Origin: Lingula anatina
Lineage: Eukaryota > Animalia > Brachiopoda
Direction: 5' to 3'
Assembly (NCBI GenBank): GCA_051362555.1
Contig: CM120648.1
Coordinates: forward strand, 7,002,587 to 7,066,586
DNA: 64,000 nt
Part shown: positions 35,901 to 48,800 of the stretch, one piece after another
How positions within the stretch are numbered: the first letter of the stretch is position 1
How the letters are laid out: the number at the start of each line of letters is the position of its first letter
Notes under the pieces: generated by a model
Told to the model about the DNA's origin: nothing
Database searches by the model: none
What the model saw: only the letters and a program-made list of their open reading frames with translations
Translations under genes and position numbers: made by a program

Positions 35901-38891
35901 GTCATAGGACTGTTAAAATTTTTTTGATGTGAATCATGTAACAATTGATATAAGACACACTTATTAATGTTTAAATTTAATATTATAATATCTTATAAAA
36001 ATTTTCTTTGTTGTCTTTTTGTATTATATTTCAATTCACATATCATTATTTAGTTGGTGTAATGTATTTGTTTTATGTAATGTTATGAATTAATTAAACA
36101 GTTCAAAATATATCACTAATCTTTTTGTTTCAACTACAATTATTAATTGACAATTTTCCAGGTGTAGTGTAAATGATCACAGGCAGATCAAGTCCTCTGA
36201 ATGATTCATCCCTTAGAAACCTTGCCAATTTTTCAGCCATATCTTGCAGTTTGCAGATTTCAGATGCTCAAGATATTTCATCAGGACATTGATCTGCCTG
36301 TGCATCAGATGTGTAATTACAGTGCCCTACTACCTATGTGATTCAAAAAAAAAAAAAGATTTTGCCTTTAGCTCAATGTTGGGTTACTGTAAATCACTGT
36401 GCCCCTGGTTTTAGGTTGGGTCATAATTTGTGCAAATTGCAGATAACTTGGTGACCAGTTGGCCTACCATTGGGCCAACGCGGATACATTGTTGGTTTGA
36501 GGTTGGGTAATTGTTGGACTGATGTTGGTTATTAGTAGAACCAACGTAATTGCACTGTTGGTTACAGGTTGGGTAATTGTTGGACCAATGTTGGTTATTA
36601 GTTGGCCTAATGTAGGGCCAACGCAGTTTGGTTGGGTAATCGTTGGACTGATGTTGGTTATTAGTAGGACCAACGTAAATGCACTGTTGGTTACAGGTTG
36701 GGTAATTGTTGGACCAATGTTGGTTATTAGTTGGCCCAATGTAGGGCCAACGCAGTTTGGTTGGGAATACGTTGGCAATGCGTTGGCATTAAAAAGACGT
36801 TCAGCCAACCGTTGGCCAAAGTGAGCACTTAGATGGAAACCCAACGTTGGGCCAACGTTGCATGGTCAACCAAGGCAACGTTGGGCCAACGTTGGCCCAA
36901 CGTATGCATGCTATCTGGGTTACCAGCATGGGTAGGTCTTGGCTTCTATACATTACATATATATATTTGTTTGAACTTGTTCCGAGTTTAATTAGTTACT
37001 TTGTACATTAATTGACTGCCATTTGTAATAGGCATCTAATATGGTCTTCCACTTTTATCATTTTGGCAAGTCAACAAACCAGAATGTGTGTGTGTGTGTT
37101 GGGGGGGGGGTAGTGGCAAAATGCCCAGTGCAATTAAAAAAAATAAAAATTTTGATTCAAATGGGCATCAAAGGTCATCAGTTTTTACTATTTAACTTGT
37201 AATCTCTGAAGGGTGGAGGGGGGGTCTGAGAAAAGTCAACGCTTTGCAGAAGTGAAAATGGATGACTCTTAAAGGGATAACAACTCTTCATTTTGGCCAA
37301 AAAAATGAATTTTTCTGTGGTTAAGGACAATTTTTTATTTTGAAATATGGATATCATACGCATAGTTGTTATCCCTTTAAGATGGAGTATGTCAGAGTTG
37401 TGCAAATATATCCGAACCTACAAGCATCACTGACATGACTCGGAGAGTCAAAAGCCAAGAATGAAAAGAAATGAAATTCATGAGATGTGGTACAACACTT
37501 GCACAGTGCACAAACTTCAAAATATTCTGTCCACAATGAGACACCCACAGTACATTGTTCTTTTGTATGTGCACACGAGCATGCATGCACATACATGCTA
37601 ATTGGGTTTGTCTCGCTATATACCATCCACTTTCAAAGACGTGTTTGATATAATTTGTCAAAATTTCAATTTCATTTATTTATTTATCTATGTAGTATTA
37701 TTACCTCTGCCAAGGAGGTTATGTTTTCATCCCTGTTTGTCTGTCATCAACATAACTCAAAAAGTTATCCATGGACCGATTTTGATGAAATTTTCAGGAA
37801 CTGTCAGAAGTGGGCCAAGGAACAGATGATTAGTTGTTGGTGGTGATCCGGATCAGTAACTAATCAATAATCAATAATAATCAAAAATTGCTGTCTTGGC
37901 GGAGGTCTGCACTCTCAGAGTGCTTCTCTATAGTAGTCATTTTATATATTTTCTCCTTGCAGACACAGGTCCAAAATGAAGAGGACAAATCACTGAATGG
38001 AAATCAAATACAGAAAGACACATTTTCACATAAAGTAAGAAAAGAAGATATTTTGAATAATTGGAAGCCATTGCCAAAGGCTTGCATGTCATGTCTTTCT
38101 AGACAGAGATTATCTCACTCAGAATTTACTGCAGCTCACTCTGGGCCTGGTGAAACTTATCAGCAATTAGGAGGTAAAAACTTAAGATTAGAACAAAAGG
38201 AGACTTTAAAGAAAAAAGAGAGGGACAATGAACATAAAGTGCAATACCCTAATGTTAGGGAATCGTTCCTTGTGCATCCAAGAGTAGGAAAGTTTGAACA
38301 GAAAGAGACAACCTCTCAAGTTGTAGATGAAGTTTCTGGACTCAAGGAGACAAACTCTGAACATTCAAAATTTACCTCTAGTTTAAGGGAATCAAGCTCC
38401 TCTCTGAGTGAAGCAAACTGTGCACTCGTGGCTACAATCTCCCCACCGAGGAGTACAAGTTCTTCACAAAAACTAAAGTCTTCAGGAAGAGAAAACCAGC
38501 CATTTGACCAAAACAAGGAATGGCAGGATGCAAAGAAAGCGAGGCCATTGGATGCTTGTCCTCTTTGCCAGATGAAGTTTGAAACCAGGTGAAGCATTGC
38601 TTTAAAATTCTTATTGAGGCTTTAAATCTGAAACAGGTAAATTAAGGTGATGTATGTTTAGGCATGTTTATATTTACACTACAGAGGGGTAGACATACCT
38701 TTATCTTTTTATGAAACAGTATAAACTGAAAACTTTTCCAAGATGCTCCTAAATGCCAATTATATTTGTTGGTTGCAGGAAGACAGAAGGACGTCTCTAA
38801 ATATCAATTTTATTTTAGTTGGTCGCAGATGGACATAGATGGACACATAGCAGCCTGCCTGGCCTCCTCAGAAGATGATGTCCAGTGGTGA
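32922..38891 (+). CDS. FAAP20: FAAP20-like protein with C-terminal UBZ zinc finger; this allele is interrupted by a transposon in exon 2
   Basis: Exons 32922-33067, 33602-33712 + 36922-36931 (rejoined), 37963-38588 and 38819-38891 total 966 nt (321 aa) with consistent phases. The C-terminus CPLCQMKFETSWSQMDIDGHIAACLASSEDDVQW* matches the FAAP20 UBZ pattern ending in Trp. Orthology beyond the UBZ is not demonstrated. Confidence 0.7.
33713..36919. mobile_element. Non-autonomous CACTA/EnSpm-like DNA transposon, 3207 bp
   Basis: 31-bp TIR CCCAGATAGCA(A/T)GCATACGTTGGGCCAACGT with one mismatch, and a 2-bp TT duplication. Arrays of GTTGGGCCAAC subterminal repeats at both ends; AT-rich interior with no transposase ORF. 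Confidence 0.9.
37699..37930 (+). mobile_element. Helentron-associated (HINE-like) short element
   Basis: Subterminal inverted repeat ACCTCTGCCAAG / CTTGGCGGAGGT followed by a 3' hairpin GCACTCTCAGAGTGC; AGGAGGTTATGTTTT 5' motif. Confidence 0.65.
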
Positions 38892-39245
38892 CCGATGCTC
38901 AGTGGTGACCAATGCCCAGTTCTTGCCCAGTGGTCTGTCATATCTGGATGTCCAGTGGTGTGTTGTGTCAAGTGGTGACCAATGCCCAGTGGTCAGATAT
39001 ATCTGGATATCTAAAGGTGACCGGTGTCAAGTGGTGACATGTGACCAGATCTTGCCCAGTGGTCAGTCATATCTGGATGTTAAGCGGTGACCTGTGTCAA
39101 GATGGCGTCCAATGCCCAGTGGTCAGTCATATCTGGATGTCTAGTGGTGACTGGTGTCAAGTGGTGACCAATGCCCAGTTCTTGCCCAGTGGTTAGTCAT
39201 ACCTGGATGTCAGGTGGTGATGAATGACCAGTGTTGACCAGGTGT
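38875..39245. repeat. Minisatellite (~60-70-bp unit, 5-6 copies) starting in the last codons of the FAAP20-like gene
   Basis: GATGTCCAGTGGTGACC...CAATGCCCAGT...GTCATATCTG recurs through the proximal 3' UTR. Confidence 0.8.
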
Positions 39246-40256
39246 CTTTTGCATGTGAATTCAAGACAGCCATCATTCTTTATTATTATTGTTTTGAAGA
39301 AACATATGAAAATTAAAGCCCCCTCCCTTATTTGCATTTTTTTCTTTATGAATTTGGTAGTCATCTTCATAGCTTGTAGAGAAACCGCAGTAGAAAATCT
39401 GCCCCAGAATTTTTCTGCTGAAAAACTCATGTGCATTTTGAACTTGATTAAAGTAATTTTCTTTTATGATCGACAACCAAAAAGCAGATATAGTATTCCT
39501 TCAGGCACGCGGGACTGTAGGGCATGCACTATGTGAAATTGTATTACACCTTCTTTAAAACAAAGGGCATAAGATATTGTGAGGATCTTTAGAAGGTAAA
39601 ACGCTTTTGGTGTATTTAAAATGCAACTTTTAATCATATTTGTGACTGTCAAGCAAGTTATTAAAATGGCTCAAGTGAAAGCTGTTTGTGTTTGATTTAA
39701 TTGTTATCAGTTTATTTAAGAATTATTCTTTGAAGTGCCTATTGTACTAGAAAGAATTGAAGGGAATAAGACAAGAACAGAGCTCAAGTTCCATGAAGAA
39801 ACACGGACTCTCAATTTTATTTACACTCTTACAGAATGTATTTTTCACAATAAAAGTAAACTAAGGGAAATTCTATAACTACTTAACTTGAAGAGTTGAG
39901 AGTTAATGTAAAGTTGAACTTTACTCATTATCATGATTAAATGCCTTGTAAAACTATTCTTACTGCAAGTTTCAACCTTTTCTTAACTAAAGCAGAAATT
40001 TTAAAACTAAAAGCAAGAGTACGATAAATATTCTTATTTCTAACAAACAGAAATTTGCAACAGTCTTATAAGCAACATATGCAAAGATCTAGTTTATTTG
40101 CTAAATGGCTAAAAAGACTTATTGACAATTTTTGCAAAATCAGTCCAACTAAATAAAAAATGCATGATCCCTGACAGTAACCATATTTTAATGTAACAAT
40201 ATTGATAAAATAATTTTATTGAAGATGTTACATGACAGAAGTTGGAATGGATTTTA

Positions 40257-41291
40257 TTAGGAAGGCGGTTGGGGATAATACATCGCCTGGTAACCCGTCT
40301 GCATCATGTACTGTGATTGTTGGTACTGTTGCTGTGGCAACTGTTGTTGTGGTAACTGTTGTTGTGGCAACTGATAGCCATATTGTTGCTGGTAGAAATA
40401 CTGTTGTTGCTGCTGTTGTTGTTGTAAGTCTAAATACTTCATCTGTGAATCGTAACTCTGTTCACTTTGTTCCGTGTCTGGGGGAGGGGGTGGGGGTGGC
40501 TCAGCTTCACTGGAGGGGGGCAAAGGTGGGGGCAGGGGAGGGGAGTCTTGTTCAGGAGGGGGTTGTGGGGCTGTGTTTAACAAGTTTCCAAACGAATAAG
40601 CATCAAAGAGGTTTGCAGTGCGACTGTACAACGACGAGACAGACGACGCCATGACGCTGGCAGAACTTTGACTGGACTGTGTTTGCTGTGGCTCCGTCTC
40701 TCCCTCGTCATCACTGCCACCATAGGCAACAAGAGGGTTTGAAGTTGGCACAAGTTTGGACTGATTCTGGCGGCTGTCTTTCTTCCAGACAACAGGTGCT
40801 ATCCTGGACTGTGGCTGATGGCCGATGAAGAAGGCCTCGTCCAGTTCCTCTGCTGCAAAAAATGGGACAATATGAACAAAAAAGTAAATTTTTATGATAA
40901 TATTTTGTAAAGAATCCTCATTAATGACTAAATTCCTTAACTTAAAGAGGGCTATGATATCAATTCCTTAATTTTTCTTGCAATTTCTTTCCTAACCATA
41001 CTCATTCTCAACTTATGCAGTTGAACAGGAGTTAACCTAGAGCTTTAGCAAATAAGTGGAGGCATTTCACACAAACCATAATTTATGTTTGTTTTACTTT
41101 TTATCTTTAACCTCTATCATTTAGTATATTATTATTTTATTTATTATAAATATTATTTTTACGCCATCACCCAGTCAAGAAGTAATCACAAACCTGTATG
41201 TTCTCTTTGTGTTGCTGGTTTACCATGCCCCTCAGATGGTCTCTGATCACCAGTCCCTTCACCCTGAAACCAAACAAAAATTGCCTTATAC

Positions 41292-41328
<37 letters not shown>

Positions 41329-44300
41329 CTCTTACTGGCTTTATTATAAAAAGGATACAATATAATTGGTCAGAGAGAATACATGAAATACAGACATACA
41401 TTTCAGTTCTGTTGAGAGTGTCTTCACAGTGGGATCAGAACAGACAGTAACAGATGTTTAACATTAGCAACAAGCCTTTTGCAGCTAGACGACTAGACCC
41501 TAACTTCAGTTTACCGAAGAGCTTGCACCCCAGTAAACAAGAGAATGTTGGAGAGCAAGCTTTTCAATGCACAAAAGAAGCCAACATCTAGCTACAACAG
41601 GCCTATTCACCAACTTCTTTCACAATGATCTCTCACACAGAACAATTTATGGATGTTAAACTCACCAGCTTTCCATGTTTAAGTTTGTAGTCTGCAAGAG
41701 CCTGTGTCAGAGTGTTGGACACCTGTAGAGCCACTTCAGCCTCATTGTCATTGCTGACCATCACCTGACCCTAGAGGAAAATAACAATTCCAATATTTAT
41801 CTCTATTCAAGTTGACTAGAGATGACTCAAAAATCCAATCCTGTTCAACATACTTCATTACATGAAGAGATAGACAAGAAACATTGTCACTATAATATAC
41901 TGCTTTTTTTGTAATATCACAGACTAGGAAACTTTGGATTGCTTTCTCTCTGTCAGTTAATTTTGTATTCAGTTCTCCAGGAAACTACATTTCAAGTCAA
42001 AAAGGGTCCACCTCTTGCAAGGATTTTGCTTATTCAGAAAAACTGTAATGTTCACTAAAAGTAAAGAATTTTCTAAAAAAAAAAAAACTGATATAAAGAA
42101 ACTTTTCACTGAAGGGATACTTTGCTGTGCCAGCATGAGCCTATGACAATGTCTTTTCCAATAAGGACTGAAGACAGATGGCAAATCAAGCCCTTACCAG
42201 TGTCTCCAGCAACCTTTTGGTCTCCTCATTCAGAGGAATCCCGCCTGTGTCAACCCCTAGCGCCGCCGCAATGGCCGCTGCATCAGGAACCTTGGATTCT
42301 TTGTCCTGTTGATCATCCAGCTGTCCCCTTTCCTGCAGCTCTCCCATCATTTCTTGAAATTTCCTCTCGTTGGGGTCGTCCTGGAGCCTGGGGGACCTGT
42401 CCCCCTCTCTGCTGACCACTGCGGATGTGGACTGGTGACTGTAGTCTATCACTTCCATTGGACGACTCAGTCCTGGCCTTGAAAATGCAAAGATTACAAA
42501 ACAGGGTCAAGGTCAATGTCATTAAAGGGTCAAGGCAGACAAGATCACGTTAAGTTAATTTTAAAAACGACCGGATGTCCAAACAGTGAGTTATGTGCAA
42601 TTTACCATTGCACAGATTTAATCTTGAACGGTTAACACATAAAAATATTTCTATATGCAAATGCCATATCAAAAATACTTAACGAGCATAAGTTCATTCA
42701 GTGATACATGAGATAACTGGGAATAAAAGTCATACTTCAAAATACACATCTACAATCAAACCCCTTTTTCAGCTTTTCTTAATAATTACCATAAACCACC
42801 AGCCTGAGCCTAGTTTTCCCTCTTTTCCTCTCTAACTAGTAAGTAGGCACAGGCCTGGGAAGCAATAAAATATCACTCAAAAATATTCTTGAAAAAAATC
42901 CAGGGCATACCTGTCATCCTCTCCTGGTAGTAGGCGTGCAGGAGGGTAGTAGCGGTCATAGTCAGCAGGGTATCTTCTGGGATATCTGCAATACAGAAGA
43001 AAAATTTGAAAACCACTCAGAGAGTACAGACCTCTGTGATAGCAGCTCTATTTACATTTCTTAATGAAATGATGAACTAATGAATGGATCACCGCCAAAA
43101 TATACTTGGTTCTCAGTTGGCCCATTTCTGATCTAAATAACTTAAATCTATACACTTCAAATGTTGGTATCTATGCCTTTAAATTGCCATATTTATAACA
43201 TTTTCACCCCATAAAGTGTAAATGAAGAACTGAAATATGTAATTCTTCATGTCTGTAGTGGGAATAACACCTGAATTTCTCAATACCTTTTGCATCTTCC
43301 AATTAAAAAAAAAATGCGCCAATAAAAAAGGTGCAAAAAATTCTTAATATCCATGAGGGTCTACCACACTTGTTGACCAACTAATCCAGATTTTGTCTGG
43401 CTTTAGAATTAAGTGCTATTAATAAAGAGAAGCCAAAAATGTGCTCAGCACACCTGTCATAGTAAGAGTCATCATAGGGGGCACCCCGCGCATCAGGGTA
43501 GTCTCTGTAACGTCCAGGATAGACTCCTCCGCGCTCAGGGTATCCTGGTCTATCTAGACCTTCATAGTAGTCTCTTCTTCTGTCGAAATAGTCTCTATCC
43601 GGATAGCCTCTCTCTCGTTCTGGGCCAAGATAATCGCGCCCTCTATCTCGTGGATCTCTCGGCCCACCCCTGGTGTCTCCCTGTTCTTCCTTGACATTGA
43701 CCTCTTTTCTTTGAATGTCATCCAAGTCATCGTCCCTCTCGGAGTAAGTGGAGTAGGATTCATACTTCCTAGTCAACCCTGATGCTGTGGAAGAAGGGAA
43801 AATGACATCGTCTGTTTTACAATTCATTTAAGTATATTACTGAATTATTAAAAGAACTGATGGATTTTTTCCTTTGAAATTTTGTGATATGTACATTTTA
43901 ATTGAGTACTGCAATAGTTATGGACATAATGTAATCACTGCTTTTGAGATATATTATTTATATATTATTCATATTATAATGGGCTAAGATCTAGCCTTGC
44001 ACCAGTGACATTAACACCCAGTTGATAACAACTGCTTCTCTTGCTAAAACCTGAAATAATCAAAGTGTGCTGAAAATGACGGCAAATGACTAGAAATTAT
44101 CACTTTGTGAATTCATAGGCCCCAGAAAGTACCAGTCAACACCTGCTCAGGAGATGGCTACATGAAGTCAATACCTGGTAATGAAGTTTGAATGCAAAAC
44201 AGTGTTTTTTTTTATAGTTTTAGTCTAGAAATTATTTCAAATTCTTACTAAAAAAAAGTAGTATTTTCTTTTAAAACATCTTAAACCATCCACAGCCAGA

Positions 44301-45777
44301 GCAATAATCAATACAATAAGTGAAAACCCATTAGTTTACCTCTTTCAGAAGAATACTTATCATCTTCCACCCAAGTTGCGTTTGAATCTGAAAATAATAA
44401 AGATGACAGTGTTAGTCTCAAAAGTAGAGATGGAACAGTTCACCAGATGTGTTAGATTTTATGATCTCATCACATACAACTGGATTGGCAACCCTAGAGT
44501 ACTTGATGTAAAAGGTGGTGTGAGCCTAACTGGAGAGCACCCAGGCATCTTTTTGTGCACATCTTTAAACACGTCCAAATGCATGCCATATTCATGGCAA
44601 CACACAAAACGATTGTATATATCACTGGGAAAGTTTTTAATAAATTAGTTCTTTATGTGGAAATTTAATACAAAACAGATACAAATTCAAACTGATACTT
44701 TGTTAATCAAACTGCATTGCTCTCTTTCTCTCTCTTTGAATGGGGGGGGGGGGGGGGGGAGTTAGGTAAACAACCATGAGCCATGTCTGTAAGGTACGAA
44801 CCTTTTAATAAAGGCTCCAGCACCAACTTGAGGCGTATAGGTTTCCTGCCTTCCCTTTCCTCTATCCACTTGGCATACTGCAGGGCAAGGTCAGTCCTCA
44901 CAGATTTCTTCTCACGCCGCTCGCCGAGCTCGTACAGCTTTTCGTGATACAGGGGATAGTTCTCTTTCTAAATTTACAGATTGTAAATTATTATTATTGT
45001 TATTATTATTTCCCAACCATGCAATTTCTTGCAGAGGTATTTTAACTGAAGCAGTTATAGATTACTATATCATCATCCTTGTTTGAAAAAATTAAAGCGG
45101 CTGAACATTTTTAAGTAAATATATTCCATCCCATAAAAAATGCAGAAATTACATAAAAAGCAGTCATAACTGACCACTGTTTTTTTTGTGTCTCGAGCAA
45201 GTAATGATTCCGGCCAACAAAGTTTATTTTATTTCATTTGCTTGCAGGACCTATGTTACTGACAAAGTAAATTCAGCTTAGGCAAAACAGTGGGAAATAT
45301 TCCAAAGTCAACAAAGAGAGTGTGTTAAGAACAGTGAGCTGTACCGACCATAAACCTGTTTCTGTGTCTCAAGCCGGTGACATGAGCGATGACCTGGCGG
45401 GGATCAAACTTCTGTTCGCATAGTTCGCAAACATAACGAGGTTCCTCTGCCGGGTCTTCAGGCTGGAACTCGATCAGGTAGTCAAGACCTGGCGAGACAA
45501 AAAACACACTAATCTTCTGCTATTTCTGAATCAAGTCTTCATCTTTCTATTCCTATTTTTCAATTTTTTTTTGTTTAATTTTTTTTTTAATAATCTATAC
45601 CAAAAACTTTCACATTATAAGCCATTACATTTTTTAACAGTAATAAAAGCATAATGTCATATACTTCATAGATTGACAACATTTCAATGATCCAATAATG
45701 ACGCAAGTCCAAAAATAGATTACAGTTCTTACAAAAAAAAAATACATTGACATTTACATCTGTTACAATAACAACCA

Positions 45778-45808
<31 letters not shown>

Positions 45809-48800
45809 TCTAATATCTAGTAAATACCAATCAGGGGCTCCCTGCAGTTGTCCATAGCAAGCTGGATCATCAATTCTTTCTTCCTCTTTCCTTTTCCATC
45901 TATGAAAAAATTTATATTAGAAATGAAGATTTCATAACACAACTAATATACTAATGATCTAAGAGCAAAGAGAAATTCATGTGATGACACAGGAAATGAT
46001 CCAAGAAAATTAAAATACATATATTATGATAATCAAGGTATTTGAGAATTTGTTCCAGGACCTGTTCAACATTTAAGTTTTATGCCAGATAATTTCTTTC
46101 CTTTTAGCTACAAATGTTAAATTACAATACTATATCATAAACACATTTCAAATACAATTCCGCAGTTTCAATTAGTATGAATGTCCAAAATTAATATTTC
46201 GTACAATCTTTGATTAATTATCATTTATATCTAAACACTCTATAACTGGTCTATTTTGAAGATGCTTGCAGCTAGTTATACTGCTTGAGTACTTAAGTTT
46301 ACATGAATCAAGCTTCACTAAAAACCCCACCCACAAACCCTGAGTAGGTAATCCCTCCCCCTCCCACCCCCCCAAAGAAATGCAAATTTCAGACTCATAT
46401 AAAAATATCTTTCAAACAATGGACTGCATACTTACCTTGTAAGCAATTACCCCCTCTATTACTTCTTACAAACCATCGTCATGTTTCTATTTAATACTAA
46501 AACAGCTTTCTCAGTCTCGTCCCAATTCCCATTTAAAATGACACTCAAATACATAATCATGTTCTCACGGTGTAACGGGAACATTTCATTCCTTTGTGTG
46601 ACCTTTCCACTTTTTTTCTAAATGGTATCGTTTTTTTTTTTTCGCCAATATTCACTCTACACTTTGAACAGCTACTGATATCCCTCACTCACCACCTCCC
46701 CCCCCCCCCCCCCACCAAACACACACACCTGCAATGATTCTACATATTAAAAAACTTCTACTAACAATCTCCATTTTTCAGTTAAATTAAGTTTACTTTC
46801 TCTTTACTTTACAACCCAAGTCTCTCTATATAAAAAAACCAACTTAATTCCTTTCACTTGATGAAATACAATTGTTACAGTAACTTCCTTACTATTCTAA
46901 ATAAAATATTTCCAGGTCCAAACCATACCCAGTACAGGAAACAGAATCAGTTATTTGATTTTTTGAAAATGGCCAAAATCTAACTATCACCCATTGCAGT
47001 TTTATAAAAAAATAATATTTAAAAAATCACAACAGGGTGTTTGAAATAACCCTCTTTTGGTATGGATTTATAAATTGAAAGATATTCTTTGTATAAAAAA
47101 ATAATCACCTCTTTTTGTTTTAAAACATAATATAAAAACATAATTAAACATTTTATTGAATATGTGTTCTGAATAACTTCTTATACTTACTATTCAGACT
47201 TTGAAATAAATTTGGATGTTTTCACTTGAATAGAGACAAAACAATTATATCTAATGAAATTCCCTTGCTTTTTTAGAGCGATTTTTTAGCTAGCCTCTTC
47301 CTTAGACTCTCAAAACTAGCAATTTCACATGCATTAAATGCCTACATTTTTACTGTACTCTTAGACCACATTTAGAGTCAAACATCGTACCAGCTTTTTT
47401 TAAGACTAGCCTCCCTCCTATCCCCAAACAACAAGACATTTTAATACAAACCAAGGAATCTTTCAATGATAAGTGAAAACAGCACACTAGGGATCAGCAG
47501 GGCTTCCTTAGTGTCTGTTTTACCTGTTCTTCTACAGCGGGGCAAGGAACAGTCCAATTGTGTTAGGTGAGACTTGAAACATTCACTGGTCTCAACCAAA
47601 GAACCACAGATTATTTCAAAAAAAAAAAAGAAAAAAGGAAAATCATTCTGTCCTTTAAGAGGAGTGGAACTGAATAAGAGACAAGCCCACGTGGATATTT
47701 TTTCAACCAATATACTCTTAAAGCTCAATTTTATTGCTCAACACAGAACCTAAATAAGTAACACTCCTGTAATACTTTCTCTTAATTAATATATTTGTAG
47801 CCCTGGCTCTTCTTCAGAAACAGGTCTCTTAAACCAATTAGTGTCTTATCTTCGACTATTGTCCATTCTTCAACAATGGTCCACTTCTGTGGCCAATGTC
47901 CAATTTGCCGCCAATGTCCACACAAGTGCACAGACCATCCCTTGACCACCACCACTGAGATTTGACCACCATGATGACTTCACCGGTGACCAGGACAAGC
48001 AGTGATGACCAAGGGAGGTTTTATTGAGGGAAGAGGGAGGCAACCTCAATGTTTCCAGAGATATATTGTGCACCTGGCTAAATATCCTTAAATGTTGTCA
48101 AATTGACTGGGGAGATTGCACAAAGTTTATTTCAGTGCATTTCCCAATCAAACATGCCTGTATTCACTACACAGACTTGTTATCAAGGGTACAGGCAATT
48201 CCAGGGATGCACAGCTTTTTTTTTTTTTCTTCTTCTTCCAGTGTTCTTCATTTACCAAGAGTAAGAGTATACGCAATTTCAGTTTTCATGATTCCTTCGC
48301 TTCTCCATTTTCTTCACAAAGCAGGTAGTACTTATTGTTCACGTTTCATTTGGAAATCAATAAACTTAAGTAACAAACTTTTTATTACCCCTGCAGAATG
48401 TGCTTGCATTAGTTTAAAGATAAATAGTTAATTGTATTTTGTACTTACCTACTGCTGAACCACCAGCTCGCACTTTCTGAAAATCAAATGGCATTTCTTA
48501 TATTTCTTATTAATATTTCAAAATAGAAATGAACAAATATATGAAAAAGATAAACATAGATAGACAGACAATCTGATAAGGCCTTTTTCAACTTTATCCT
48601 GTTATTTGCTTTATTTCTTCTTTAGTTGTAAAATTAACAAGCAAAAGGCTAAACATTTTTTCAATATTTTTTCTTGATATATTTCTGAATCATTGGTGTA
48701 GTAAATCATGTTATTATTTTGAGAGACTAAGTCAAAACTTGCATTGGTTCTTGGTCTTAATTATGCCACCACAGCGACTGATTAATGTAAATCACTCAAA

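Noticed and set aside
36464-36844. Repetitive ORFs on both strands
   Set aside because: Products of the transposon subterminal repeats.
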